DNA of 42,564 nucleotides from the IMG/VR virus record IMGVR_UViG_3300046382_000009, positions 1-42,564 of that record; one strand, given 5' to 3'. Below the pieces are notes generated by a model. It was not told the DNA's origin. It saw only the letters and a program-made list of their open reading frames with translations, and did not search any database. This document shows, in pieces, positions 18,341 to 26,064 of the stretch (its first letter is position 1; each line of letters starts with the position of its first letter). The stretch comes from a virus. Lineage: Duplodnaviria; Caudoviricetes. The position numbers and the translations under genes are program-made.

Positions 18341-18353
18341 GTCTGTTCCCTCG

Positions 18354-18671
18354 TTAATGTGTCTGTCTGATGCGCTCGCGATCAGCGATAGCTGCCTCTG
18401 CTTGCGCGAATACATCGTTACCATTCACCTCTTTACTCCAGCCCTTCTCTGCGTAAAACGTAGTCCAGCCTTGCTCTGTTGACGCGTCGATGATCTTGGT
18501 GATGTTCATCCCAAGCTCCAGAAACTCCACCAGCTTGTTTAGGGCTAACCGTTGAGCGCGGTCTGTGGTCGGGATGCGTTTCTCAAACCGCATCTCTAGC
18601 CAGCCATCCCAAGCCTCCGGGTCTACCCAATCAGGGAGCTGGATCGCCTTGGCCTTCGTCTTGACGGTCAT
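18354..18671 (-). CDS. Stand-alone C-terminal domain of a lambdoid replication initiator (O-like)
   Basis: 'LPDWVDPEAWDGWLEMR...TDRAQRLALNKL...IIDASTEQGWTTFY'. Confidence 0.7.
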   Translation of the reverse strand: MTVKTKAKAIQLPDWVDPEAWDGWLEMRFEKRIPTTDRAQRLALNKLVEFLELGMNITKIIDASTEQGWTTFYAEKGWSKEVNGNDVFAQAEAAIADRERIRQTH

Positions 18672-18886
18672 TGCTCGATCACCCGGTAAGCGACGATGTC
18701 CCAGTTGCTTTCATCCCTGCGCCAAAAACCGCTCGTTGCCGTTGCGCCGTGATTTCCTACTGATTTTTTATCCTCTTTCAAGGCTTTGCCAACGTAAAAC
18801 TCACCATTCCTATATTCGACTTCGACTGTCGTTCCTTCTGGAACCGGACAGTCACCGCCAAACCACTTGATAAATCCTTTCTGCAT
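18668..18886 (-). CDS. Conserved phage hypothetical protein
   Basis: 'WFGGDCPV...VEVEYRNG...DIVAYRV' pattern; SD AGGAGG. Confidence 0.75.
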   Translation of the reverse strand: MQKGFIKWFGGDCPVPEGTTVEVEYRNGEFYVGKALKEDKKSVGNHGATATSGFWRRDESNWDIVAYRVIEQ

Positions 18887-18899
18887 AACATCCTCCTAT

Positions 18900-19001
18900 C
18901 TATTCCAGCGCACTCTGTTCCATGTACCGCTGTAACCACTTGCAGAATCTCAGCCACGCCGTAGAGGGCTGTTCCTCTGCTTCCCACAGACGCTCATTCA
19001 C
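18900..19001 (-). CDS. 33-aa small ORF not in the ORF track (MNERLWEAEEQPSTAWLRFCKWLQRYMEQSALE)
   Basis: GTGA overlap with the stop of 18998-19315; fills the gap up to the next SD. Confidence 0.45.
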   Translation of the reverse strand: MNERLWEAEEQPSTAWLRFCKWLQRYMEQSALE

Positions 19002-19315
19002 GCCTTCGTCTTCCGGGGTTTCTCAACAACCTCGTCAGCGAACATCTGCTTCATGTCCTCGTCTGGTGGGATGCGGAGCAAGCAGCGAGTAGCGATGTAT
19101 TGGTTAGTTCCATTGGTAACTGGGGTTGGCCCCGTCAGGTTCATTAAATAAATCTCGCCTTCAGTGTCGCGGCGCAACAGTGGATCACTCAGAACATCGA
19201 CAACAAGACCGTTTTCGCTCTTGTTGGAGAACTTTCTGGTTCCCGATAAGTGAAATCGAACACCAACAATCATCGCCCTATCGCCCTTCATCGGTACTTG
19301 TCTCTTGTCTTTCAT
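18998..19315 (-). CDS. Hypothetical protein
   Basis: SD GGAG; 'GDRAMIV...LLRIPP' SH3-like phage family pattern. Confidence 0.6.
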   Translation of the reverse strand: MKDKRQVPMKGDRAMIVGVRFHLSGTRKFSNKSENGLVVDVLSDPLLRRDTEGEIYLMNLTGPTPVTNGTNQYIATRCLLRIPPDEDMKQMFADEVVEKPRKTKA

Positions 19316-19317
19316 GT

Positions 19318-19788
19318 CTATTCTCCTGACTTTTTAACGGCAGTGTTCCTGACCAACTCCGGCATGTCGCATCCCCGCGAGTGATTGCATGGCTTGCAGG
19401 CCAGTACCCGGTTGTTGGAATTGTCCAGACCTCCGCGAGCAAGTGGGATCAAATGCTCAATCGTGGAATTCTCCAGCGTGAGTGGGGCATTGCACCAATG
19501 GCAAAAGGCTTTTTTCTTAAGCATGGCGTACCGCTTCCCGTGCGAGTTCTTGCTCCGCCTGTCTCGAATCATTGCCATCTGTGGCTCGGAAAATGCCATC
19601 TCAACAGCCTGAGCAGGCGAGCAATTCTTCTTTCCGCGAACCGTCCCCGCTACATACGCTGTCCTGCTTTTTGACAGCGGGTAGTAATTGACCAAGAGCG
19701 CACCCTTGATCTGAAAATGACCGTTGCCGTGGCTGACGACCGTGGCGCCTTTCGCCTCAGCCAGCTTCACAAGATCGGAATTCATCAT
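19318..19788 (-). CDS. HNH endonuclease with N-terminal extra domain
   Basis: 'CHWC...TIEHLIPLARGGLD...NRVLACKPCN'; SD GGAGG. Confidence 0.88.
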   Translation of the reverse strand: MMNSDLVKLAEAKGATVVSHGNGHFQIKGALLVNYYPLSKSRTAYVAGTVRGKKNCSPAQAVEMAFSEPQMAMIRDRRSKNSHGKRYAMLKKKAFCHWCNAPLTLENSTIEHLIPLARGGLDNSNNRVLACKPCNHSRGCDMPELVRNTAVKKSGE

Positions 19789-19844
19789 CGACCTCCAGTA
19801 AGTAATTCAGACTGAAAAACCAGAAAATGGGAAAACAAACCGAA

Positions 19845-20102
19845 CCCCCCTACCCCCCGTAGGTAAACGGGAGGCAGCAGCTTCAAGGCTGCAAGGTTTA
19901 AAAAAGGGAAAAGAGAAAAAGCCGTTATCCTCATGGACGAGGACAAGAGCTTTTGCTCTACGCCCGCCAGACGACAAAAACCCTCAAGGGAGAGGCCAGC
20001 GGGTTGGCGGTCACAGGTAGAAAGTTCTGTGGTGCCAGCCCCTCTCTTGAGGGTTCGGCTTTCTACTTGTGGGAACCGCCAAGCTCCCGCTGGTTTTTCG
20101 TC
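19845..20102 (-). ncRNA. Structured cis-regulatory / c4-like antisense RNA element (core 20030-20093)
   Basis: CCAGC/GCUGG closing stem with ACCA 3' end and two internal hairpins; downstream complementary segments; alternative long stem followed by a U-run; further hairpins and a G6-UA-G6 tract. Confidence 0.65.
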
Positions 20103-20143
20103 CAGCGCGGCCATTCTCGTTCCTGCTTTTGCTGATGTCAACT

Positions 20144-20890
20144 TCATTTCGCTTCTCTCCACTTGCGCAGATTGTGAGAGCCGGGAAAATATCCAAGACG
20201 TTCAGCGGTTTCGTGGATCGTGTCGCTGCAAATAACTTCCAGCGTTTCGATCTTCACGTTGTCCGCAGTCCACGGCAGTGTCTTGTCCTTGCGCGTCATG
20301 CAGTATTTCTTCGCGCCTAAGCCATGTTCGGGCCATTTGCCGGATTCCTCCCAAACCTTCCACCAGTCCGCGAAATTCATCTGCCATACACCCTGTTCGA
20401 GGCGGTCAATGTTTCGCTTCTTTTCGATAAACGCTTTCTGAGGTGAAAACTTCCAATGGCTTCCGCGAAGTGCCTTCCATTGCTCTCTAGGCATCCCCGT
20501 CCGCTTAAGAAAGCGCGCATCGCGTTTGCTGCTCCATTCTTCCTTGCGCTTCTCTGAAACCACATGCTGGCCGCCGTCATTTCGGGTGATGCCAGACTTA
20601 ACAAGAATCTGCCGGATGCGTTCTCGGGTCACGCCGTGTTCTTGGCCTAAGTCCTCCAGCGTTCTACCGCTCTTGTAGGCCGCTATCAGTTCCGGTACAT
20701 TCCATCTGCTGGCCTTTCTCCCTGAGCCAGCCTTGATGTGGTCTTTTCCCCGAGACGCACACTCCTCCGATTTCCCCGGTTGCTCTGCTTCCGGGGATTT
20801 TTTATTACGGGCCACTGCTTTCAACTTCCGGCCTGCCGCAAATAACAGATTGGCGGCATCCAGCAGCACTTTAGATTCTTTCTCGTTCAT
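20144..20890 (-). CDS. Sigma70 region-4-like HTH fused to a degenerate HNH-like domain
   Basis: 'TLEDLGQEHGVTRERIRQIL'; C-terminal 'FADWWKVWEESGKW...YCMTRKDKTLPWTADNV'; AGGAG SD before ATG 20890. Confidence 0.7.
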   Translation of the reverse strand: MNEKESKVLLDAANLLFAAGRKLKAVARNKKSPEAEQPGKSEECASRGKDHIKAGSGRKASRWNVPELIAAYKSGRTLEDLGQEHGVTRERIRQILVKSGITRNDGGQHVVSEKRKEEWSSKRDARFLKRTGMPREQWKALRGSHWKFSPQKAFIEKKRNIDRLEQGVWQMNFADWWKVWEESGKWPEHGLGAKKYCMTRKDKTLPWTADNVKIETLEVICSDTIHETAERLGYFPGSHNLRKWREAK

Positions 20891-20898
20891 GGGAACTC

Positions 20899-21180
20899 CT
20901 AGTTCAAAATATCCGACAACAGCCACGCCTGAGTCTGGTCAGCGTAGACAGAAAACTCCTTGTCCGACAGACCGGAGGTGCCGTTAGGCTTGCGATACCA
21001 GACACCGTCGATCATCACTTCCTCGCTCCCGAGAAACTTGCAGGCCGCGATGAAATGCAGGCGATCAACGTCTGTTCCTGTAGCGACAGCGGCCTCCCGA
21101 AGCAGGGCCCAGTAACGAGCATTCGCCGCCTTGCTGCGCTTGGGCGTCTGTCCGCAGGTTGGGCATGTGGAGGACTTCAT
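20899..21180 (-). CDS. ninB: NinB-like recombination protein
   Basis: 'RSKAANARYWALL...TSGLSDKEFSVYADQTQAW'. Confidence 0.7.
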   Translation of the reverse strand: MKSSTCPTCGQTPKRSKAANARYWALLREAAVATGTDVDRLHFIAACKFLGSEEVMIDGVWYRKPNGTSGLSDKEFSVYADQTQAWLLSDILN

Positions 21181-21392
21181 GCGTGTACCTCGTAATCTTC
21201 GGATGGATCAGACTCTCCAGTTGTGCAGGAGAAACACATATCGCAATCGCCCCACACCCAAACAGGGCTATCACAGACACAGCAGGTGCCGCCTCTTGTT
21301 GCCAAGAGCCTCCATTCTTCTGCGGTATGGCGCCCGTTATCTGCGTCAATTTCTGCGGCTTGTTCTGGCGTGATGTACGTGAAGCCGCTCAT
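21177..21392 (-). CDS. Small Cys-rich hypothetical protein
   Basis: 'CCVC...MCFSCTTGESD'; ATGA overlaps on both sides. Confidence 0.6.
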   Translation of the reverse strand: MSGFTYITPEQAAEIDADNGRHTAEEWRLLATRGGTCCVCDSPVWVWGDCDMCFSCTTGESDPSEDYEVHA

Positions 21393-21769
21393 ATCGCCAC
21401 CTTCATCTGGAATCCAATCACCTTGGGCTCGATCAGGACATTCACACCCACCTTGCGATAGACGTAACTCGCTCCGAAGCCCGCCAGCACGTTCACAGGG
21501 CCGATAGAGGGCGCCTGAGCCCGCGTGTAGCCATGCGCCAGCCCTCCGATCACTCCCGCGCTGAATCCATGCGCGTGCAGCGGCGACCAAGAACACAACA
21601 GGTATTCTGTCGTGCGGCTCTGACTGTTGCGGTACTCGCCAAGATGCAGAGCAATATCACCCCGTTGAGCCTCAATGCCGAGGCCGGGATTAAACTGGTT
21701 CTGCCCGGTGTACTGGTAGTGAACAGACGCCAAGGTAGCGACGACATAAACCGTTGAGAATAGTCCCAT
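21389..21769 (-). CDS. PagP-like outer-membrane beta-barrel protein
   Basis: 'SVHY...NQFNPGLGIE...GEYRNS...GVIGGLAHGY'; amphipathic strands. Confidence 0.55.
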   Translation of the reverse strand: MGLFSTVYVVATLASVHYQYTGQNQFNPGLGIEAQRGDIALHLGEYRNSQSRTTEYLLCSWSPLHAHGFSAGVIGGLAHGYTRAQAPSIGPVNVLAGFGASYVYRKVGVNVLIEPKVIGFQMKVAI

Positions 21770-21770
21770 G

Positions 21771-22031
21771 TCACTGTCCTCCGTAAATCCAGAAATAGAC
21801 GAAAACCGAGACGATGTAAGCGACAACGCACATCACGATGAAGCCGACGAACAGATCACCCGCGATCCGCGCCAATTCAGACCAAGGCGAATGCTTGCGC
21901 GCAATCACATAGTCATGCCGCACCTTTGCCGGAGGGCCCATGCCGAACGGATTAAAGAACCCGACAACAAGGCCGACAGCGCCCACCGAAATCAGAGCGA
22001 TCAGGAAACAAACAACTTTCATACTAATCAT
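21771..22031 (-). CDS. Two-TM membrane protein
   Basis: Two hydrophobic segments; coupled to neighbouring genes. Confidence 0.55.
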   Translation of the reverse strand: MISMKVVCFLIALISVGAVGLVVGFFNPFGMGPPAKVRHDYVIARKHSPWSELARIAGDLFVGFIVMCVVAYIVSVFVYFWIYGGQ

Positions 22032-22288
22032 GGTTTCACCTTCTTTCTGCTGTAGTGATATTCGGCTACGCGCTTCTTGCGGCCCACTTCCTTGCTCGTG
22101 GCCGGGATGTTGTGCCCCAGTGCGCGAAGATCATAGATACGTGCCGACAGACGCAGGCAATCAAACAGGCGTAGAGCCGTCAGTTGCGTCAGCCGTCCAC
22201 CAGCCTTGAGATATTTCAGGATGGCTTTGTTCTGTGATTCGGTGTCTGGCTCAGAACAGCCGGAACTTGGGATGAAATTAATCTGCAT
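22028..22288 (-). CDS. Winged HTH DNA-binding protein
   Basis: 'SQNKAILKYL...LTQLTAL...CLRLSARIYDLR..GHNI'. Confidence 0.8.
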   Translation of the reverse strand: MQINFIPSSGCSEPDTESQNKAILKYLKAGGRLTQLTALRLFDCLRLSARIYDLRALGHNIPATSKEVGRKKRVAEYHYSRKKVKP

Positions 22289-22297
22289 GGAATTCTC

Positions 22298-22480
22298 CTA
22301 TCTAATCTTGAAACATCCAGCAGGGACATATCCGTTCCCGCGTTCTTCAATCCATACGCCGCTGACCGCTTCTGGATAGTCCGATCCTCCAGAGAAAACA
22401 TAGCGGTCGCCATGCTGTTTAATCATCTTCTCAAGCTTCTTGATTAAGTCTGATGCCTTTAATTCGCCTGTATTAATCAT
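22298..22480 (-). CDS. Hypothetical protein
   Basis: SD AGGAG; 'KASDLIKKLE...HGD' pattern. Confidence 0.6.
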   Translation of the reverse strand: MINTGELKASDLIKKLEKMIKQHGDRYVFSGGSDYPEAVSGVWIEERGNGYVPAGCFKIR

Positions 22481-22528
22481 GTTATTCTCCTAAAACAGAC
22501 GGGGATTTCTCCCCGCCAATGGTCGCCG

Positions 22529-22930
22529 TTAGTGGCCGCGTGCTTGCGCCACAACAGACATGATTTTCTCGCGCAACTGACCAACAGACGTGGGGTTATC
22601 GCAGGCTTCCATCACGTCACGCAGTAGCCCGTTCAGGCGAGCTACTTGTGCCTCGAATGAGGCCAGCGTTTCGCCGCCCGGCGCGTGAACCATTTTGTCG
22701 CCCACGGCTTCACGCAGCTTTGCAGCCAGTGCTTCGGCGTCTTGCTTTGAGTCGGCAGACAGAACGCTAAACACAGCGCCCATGTTCTCAACCTTGCCGG
22801 TCGCTTCGTTTAGAATGGCAATGTCGATCTTTGCCATCGGCTGAGAGAGTTTGTTGAGCGCCGATTCAACGGCGGCGCTGACGCTGTCGGCCTGTTCTTC
22901 AAAGCAGATGTTTACTTGAAATGTGGTCAT
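22529..22930 (-). CDS. Hypothetical protein
   Basis: ORF in the early operon. Confidence 0.6.
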   Translation of the reverse strand: MTTFQVNICFEEQADSVSAAVESALNKLSQPMAKIDIAILNEATGKVENMGAVFSVLSADSKQDAEALAAKLREAVGDKMVHAPGGETLASFEAQVARLNGLLRDVMEACDNPTSVGQLREKIMSVVAQARGH

Positions 22931-22934
22931 GGCT

Positions 22935-23288
22935 TTAAGCTCCGCGTTTGGCTTTGATCTTCACAAGCAGCGAGTACATCGCCAGACCGCGAGGGCCGAG
23001 CGCATCCGTAATGGCTGAGGCCATCATTCCTGCAATGGCCTTGTCGCCGTCATCCAAGCCGAGTGCGTCGAGTTTGGCCCCCATCTGACCGACCTTGGCG
23101 GTCGTCATAATCTCGTCTGGCGGCTGACCTGTTTTTGCCTGCTCTGTTACTTCGTCGTCAAGGCAAAGCGACTCGATTAGAAGAAATGCGCCCTTCATGC
23201 ACTGGGCGATGATCTTCTCCATTTCTCCAAGCTGCGGATCAACTTCTGGAGCGGGAGTATCTTTGCTGTTTCTAAACATTGCTTTCAT
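22935..23288 (-). CDS. Hypothetical protein
   Basis: ORF in the early operon with SD. Confidence 0.6.
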   Translation of the reverse strand: MKAMFRNSKDTPAPEVDPQLGEMEKIIAQCMKGAFLLIESLCLDDEVTEQAKTGQPPDEIMTTAKVGQMGAKLDALGLDDGDKAIAGMMASAITDALGPRGLAMYSLLVKIKAKRGA

Positions 23289-23369
23289 GTCTGTTGTCCT
23301 ATCTGTTCCGGGTCGGTGTTGGCCCGCAATAGCGGCCCGTTAGAGCCGCTATCACTGATCGCCTCCGTC

Positions 23370-23633
23370 TCAGTGTGTAGCGGGTTTTGTGTCGTAGCGC
23401 AGTGCCAGCACATACAGCGCAGCGGCAGAGAAAATCTTGCTCTGTTGCGAGTCCTTTCCGTAGGCGCGCTCGCCTTCCGTCAGGGCTCCGTGGAAGTCGG
23501 GAGAGTTCGGGTCGATCTTGTTGCCGAACAGAACGCCAGCCGTTACGGGATGTTCTCCGAGGTCATCAATGACGGCCTGAATCTGGTGATCTGGCAGCGG
23601 CGGCGCTGGCGGTGGAATGGTTTTGTTATTCAC
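23370..23633 (-). CDS. Hypothetical protein
   Basis: GTG start with AGGAG SD. Confidence 0.55.
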   Translation of the reverse strand: MNNKTIPPPAPPLPDHQIQAVIDDLGEHPVTAGVLFGNKIDPNSPDFHGALTEGERAYGKDSQQSKIFSAAALYVLALRYDTKPATH

Positions 23634-23692
23634 GTTTAACTCCTGTCTGTTGAAAATGGGGCGCTCTGACCGCCCCGGATTACTGGCCTGCT

Positions 23693-25126
23693 TTATGCAA
23701 CTTCGCGGTGAACGGCGTCGATCTTGTCGTTGGTCTTCGCCAGCGACTTGGCGACAATGCCCTGCATAACATCATGCAAGGTCGGTTCTTTCACGGCGTG
23801 TTCTTCTTCGGCGCACTTGCGCAACAGATTCACTTGCGCGCTCATGGTTTCCGCTGCGTCGATCAAGGCGTCTTCCGTGATTTCTTCAACGGCAGTTCCC
23901 GTCTTTTGCAGTGCCAACTGCGCGAGCTTGGCGCGTTTCACCACTTCCGCAATGACGGCCGGAATGTTACCGGCCAGCAATGCACCGGCTTTGCTCAGGT
24001 CAGCGCCTTCCGAGATGGTCTTGCCGCCGTACAGACGCAACAGACGTTCCACAGCCTTCTGATCTGGCGCCAGCACTTCAATCACTGCATCCAGACGGCC
24101 CGGACGCAACATGGCCGGATTAATGCTCGGCAGGTTGTTGGTGGTCAGCACGACAATGATGTTGGCGCTCTTGGTGTCGATACCGTCGATGATGTTGAGT
24201 ACGTCATCCATGGCAACAGAACGCTCACCCGAGGCGACACGGTCGATGTCTTCGCAGAACACCACACAAGCCGGGCTCTGATACTGTTTGGCGAATTCGA
24301 TAGCATCGCTCAACTCGTCAGCGCGGGGCACGTACACGTAAGTGATACCGGCGCGAACCGCGAGTTTGCTTGCCACCTTCGCCGCCAGCGTCTTACCCGT
24401 GCCGAACGTGCCGCCCAACAGCACGCCACGCTTAACCGGAATGTTGTTGGCAATGCAGTCATGCACGCGAGTGATCGGCGTAAACAGATTGGTATGAATC
24501 GCCCGCTGCACGGAGTCCGGATAGACCAACAGCGACTCGTCCACATCTTCCGTATTCAGGAAACGCGGCTCGGGCATCTGGAGCTTTTCGCCGCTCTCGT
24601 CACGAAAACGGATTTTGATCGCCTTGCCACGGTAGATCGAGTTCGTTTCCGTTTCCTTGCGCACGGCGTCAAACAGGTCTTTAATCGTGGCTTCATCCTT
24701 GCGCAAAATCTGTGCAATCACTTCAAACACGATACGGCCTTCGCGGTGCGTGTAGCTGGTCTTCACCACACCGGAAACATTCGGGAGGCCAAAATCACCC
24801 CATGCGATATTCTTCTTCACGCCGGGCGCCACTTCAATCGCCATAAGCTGCGGAGGCGTAGGGCCGAACATGCCGGGCGAGGCTTGTGCAGGGCTCCAGC
24901 CATATTTGCGGGTCAGCACAGCATCCAGAGCATGAGCCCCATCCCACGGAAACACATCGAACGATTCGCGCATAACCACCTTTTCGCCTTCATAGGCCTT
25001 GCGGCGCTGTAGGAGGTCAATCGCGGCATCAATCCCCATCCCGACAGGCAGTGTCACCTGTTCGCCGTGATAGACGATCTGTGCAACGCTGGCGGCCTTT
25101 ACTGCATCTTTTAACGTATTGGACAT
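23693..25126 (-). CDS. Classical-clade AAA+ ATPase (FtsH/proteasome-ATPase-like domain)
   Basis: Walker A 'GTFGTGKT', Walker B 'VVFCEDID', SRH 'TTN...NPAMLRPGRLD'. Confidence 0.9.
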   Translation of the reverse strand: MSNTLKDAVKAASVAQIVYHGEQVTLPVGMGIDAAIDLLQRRKAYEGEKVVMRESFDVFPWDGAHALDAVLTRKYGWSPAQASPGMFGPTPPQLMAIEVAPGVKKNIAWGDFGLPNVSGVVKTSYTHREGRIVFEVIAQILRKDEATIKDLFDAVRKETETNSIYRGKAIKIRFRDESGEKLQMPEPRFLNTEDVDESLLVYPDSVQRAIHTNLFTPITRVHDCIANNIPVKRGVLLGGTFGTGKTLAAKVASKLAVRAGITYVYVPRADELSDAIEFAKQYQSPACVVFCEDIDRVASGERSVAMDDVLNIIDGIDTKSANIIVVLTTNNLPSINPAMLRPGRLDAVIEVLAPDQKAVERLLRLYGGKTISEGADLSKAGALLAGNIPAVIAEVVKRAKLAQLALQKTGTAVEEITEDALIDAAETMSAQVNLLRKCAEEEHAVKEPTLHDVMQGIVAKSLAKTNDKIDAVHREVA

Positions 25127-25194
25127 AACTGATACTCCATTGCTACCGGGTGGAATTACCCGGCTTTAATAGACGGCCCATGTAGGGCCGCCCG

Positions 25195-26064
25195 TTAAAG
25201 CCTAGGCGGCCCCTCCTGTCCGGGGGCGAGGATGGCACCAGACAACCATTCACGCGCCTTATTGAGGTTTGCAGACTGCCAATTAGGTACTGTAATCAGA
25301 TGCTCGTTTGCACCGACAAGTCCATAGCTCAAAAGCTCTTTATTGGTCAGATGACGGGCATGGCCGTAGCCATCTGCAACAGGCTGTTTTGTATCGTCGG
25401 CGGTCTTGATGATCTTCATGAATCCAATCACCCGAAAGAACGCCGTCAGACACACAACAGACGACAATGAAGCTACGTCCATGGGTGATTGATAGTCCTT
25501 GATGGTCAGGAACTCAACGGAACTCATGGGCGCATTACGGCCAGCCTGATAACCGCTGATTTTGACGTTATACCCGGCCGCATTCAGGAGGTCAGCCAGC
25601 GCGAGGCAAGCGGCCCCGCGCAGCGACAGACAAGCCGCATCCATACTGCCGTTCTCGCAATAGTCCACGACCAGATGCACGTTGGGGCGCATGTTGATCA
25701 TGCGGCGCGAGGGCCTACGCCATGCAACATCCAACTGGCCGCCCCTCACCCTATCCATGCAAACCTCCTCGCCTTGGTCAGCCCACTGCGGACGGCGACG
25801 GATGCTATCCAGTAGCGGCACGGAAAGACCGTCCGCCATATCTCGCACCTTGTCCGCGCCCTCTTGATCGCCCTCCCGCATAACGCGGGAGAGGTCTTCA
25901 AAGGTGCCGGACATACCGTGCCAGTTCTTATGCAAGGTGCTCCCCTTTTCGGTTTGGGCTTGCACGGCGTTATGCGGGATATTGCATGGGAGCATGGCCT
26001 GTTCGACGAACTCAGAAACGGAGTCCAGCGAGGTAACGTAGGTTCCATCTTTGTGTTGGAACAT
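25195..26064 (-). CDS. vWA-like (CobT-like) partner protein
   Basis: Directly downstream of the CobS-like ATPase; 'GEEVCMDRV..G', degenerate MIDAS 'VVDYCENGS', 'AFFR'. Confidence 0.65.
   Translation of the reverse strand: MFQHKDGTYVTSLDSVSEFVEQAMLPCNIPHNAVQAQTEKGSTLHKNWHGMSGTFEDLSRVMREGDQEGADKVRDMADGLSVPLLDSIRRRPQWADQGEEVCMDRVRGGQLDVAWRRPSRRMINMRPNVHLVVDYCENGSMDAACLSLRGAACLALADLLNAAGYNVKISGYQAGRNAPMSSVEFLTIKDYQSPMDVASLSSVVCLTAFFRVIGFMKIIKTADDTKQPVADGYGHARHLTNKELLSYGLVGANEHLITVPNWQSANLNKAREWLSGAILAPGQEGPPRL

Noticed and set aside
19785-20162. 125-aa minus-strand ORF over the structured region
   Set aside because: No recognisable domain and the sequence is dominated by complementary segments and homopolymer tracts; a leader peptide is not fully excluded
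23708-25012. 434-aa plus-strand ORF
   Set aside because: Antisense shadow of the AAA ATPase, which has clear motifs; it has no recognisable features of its own
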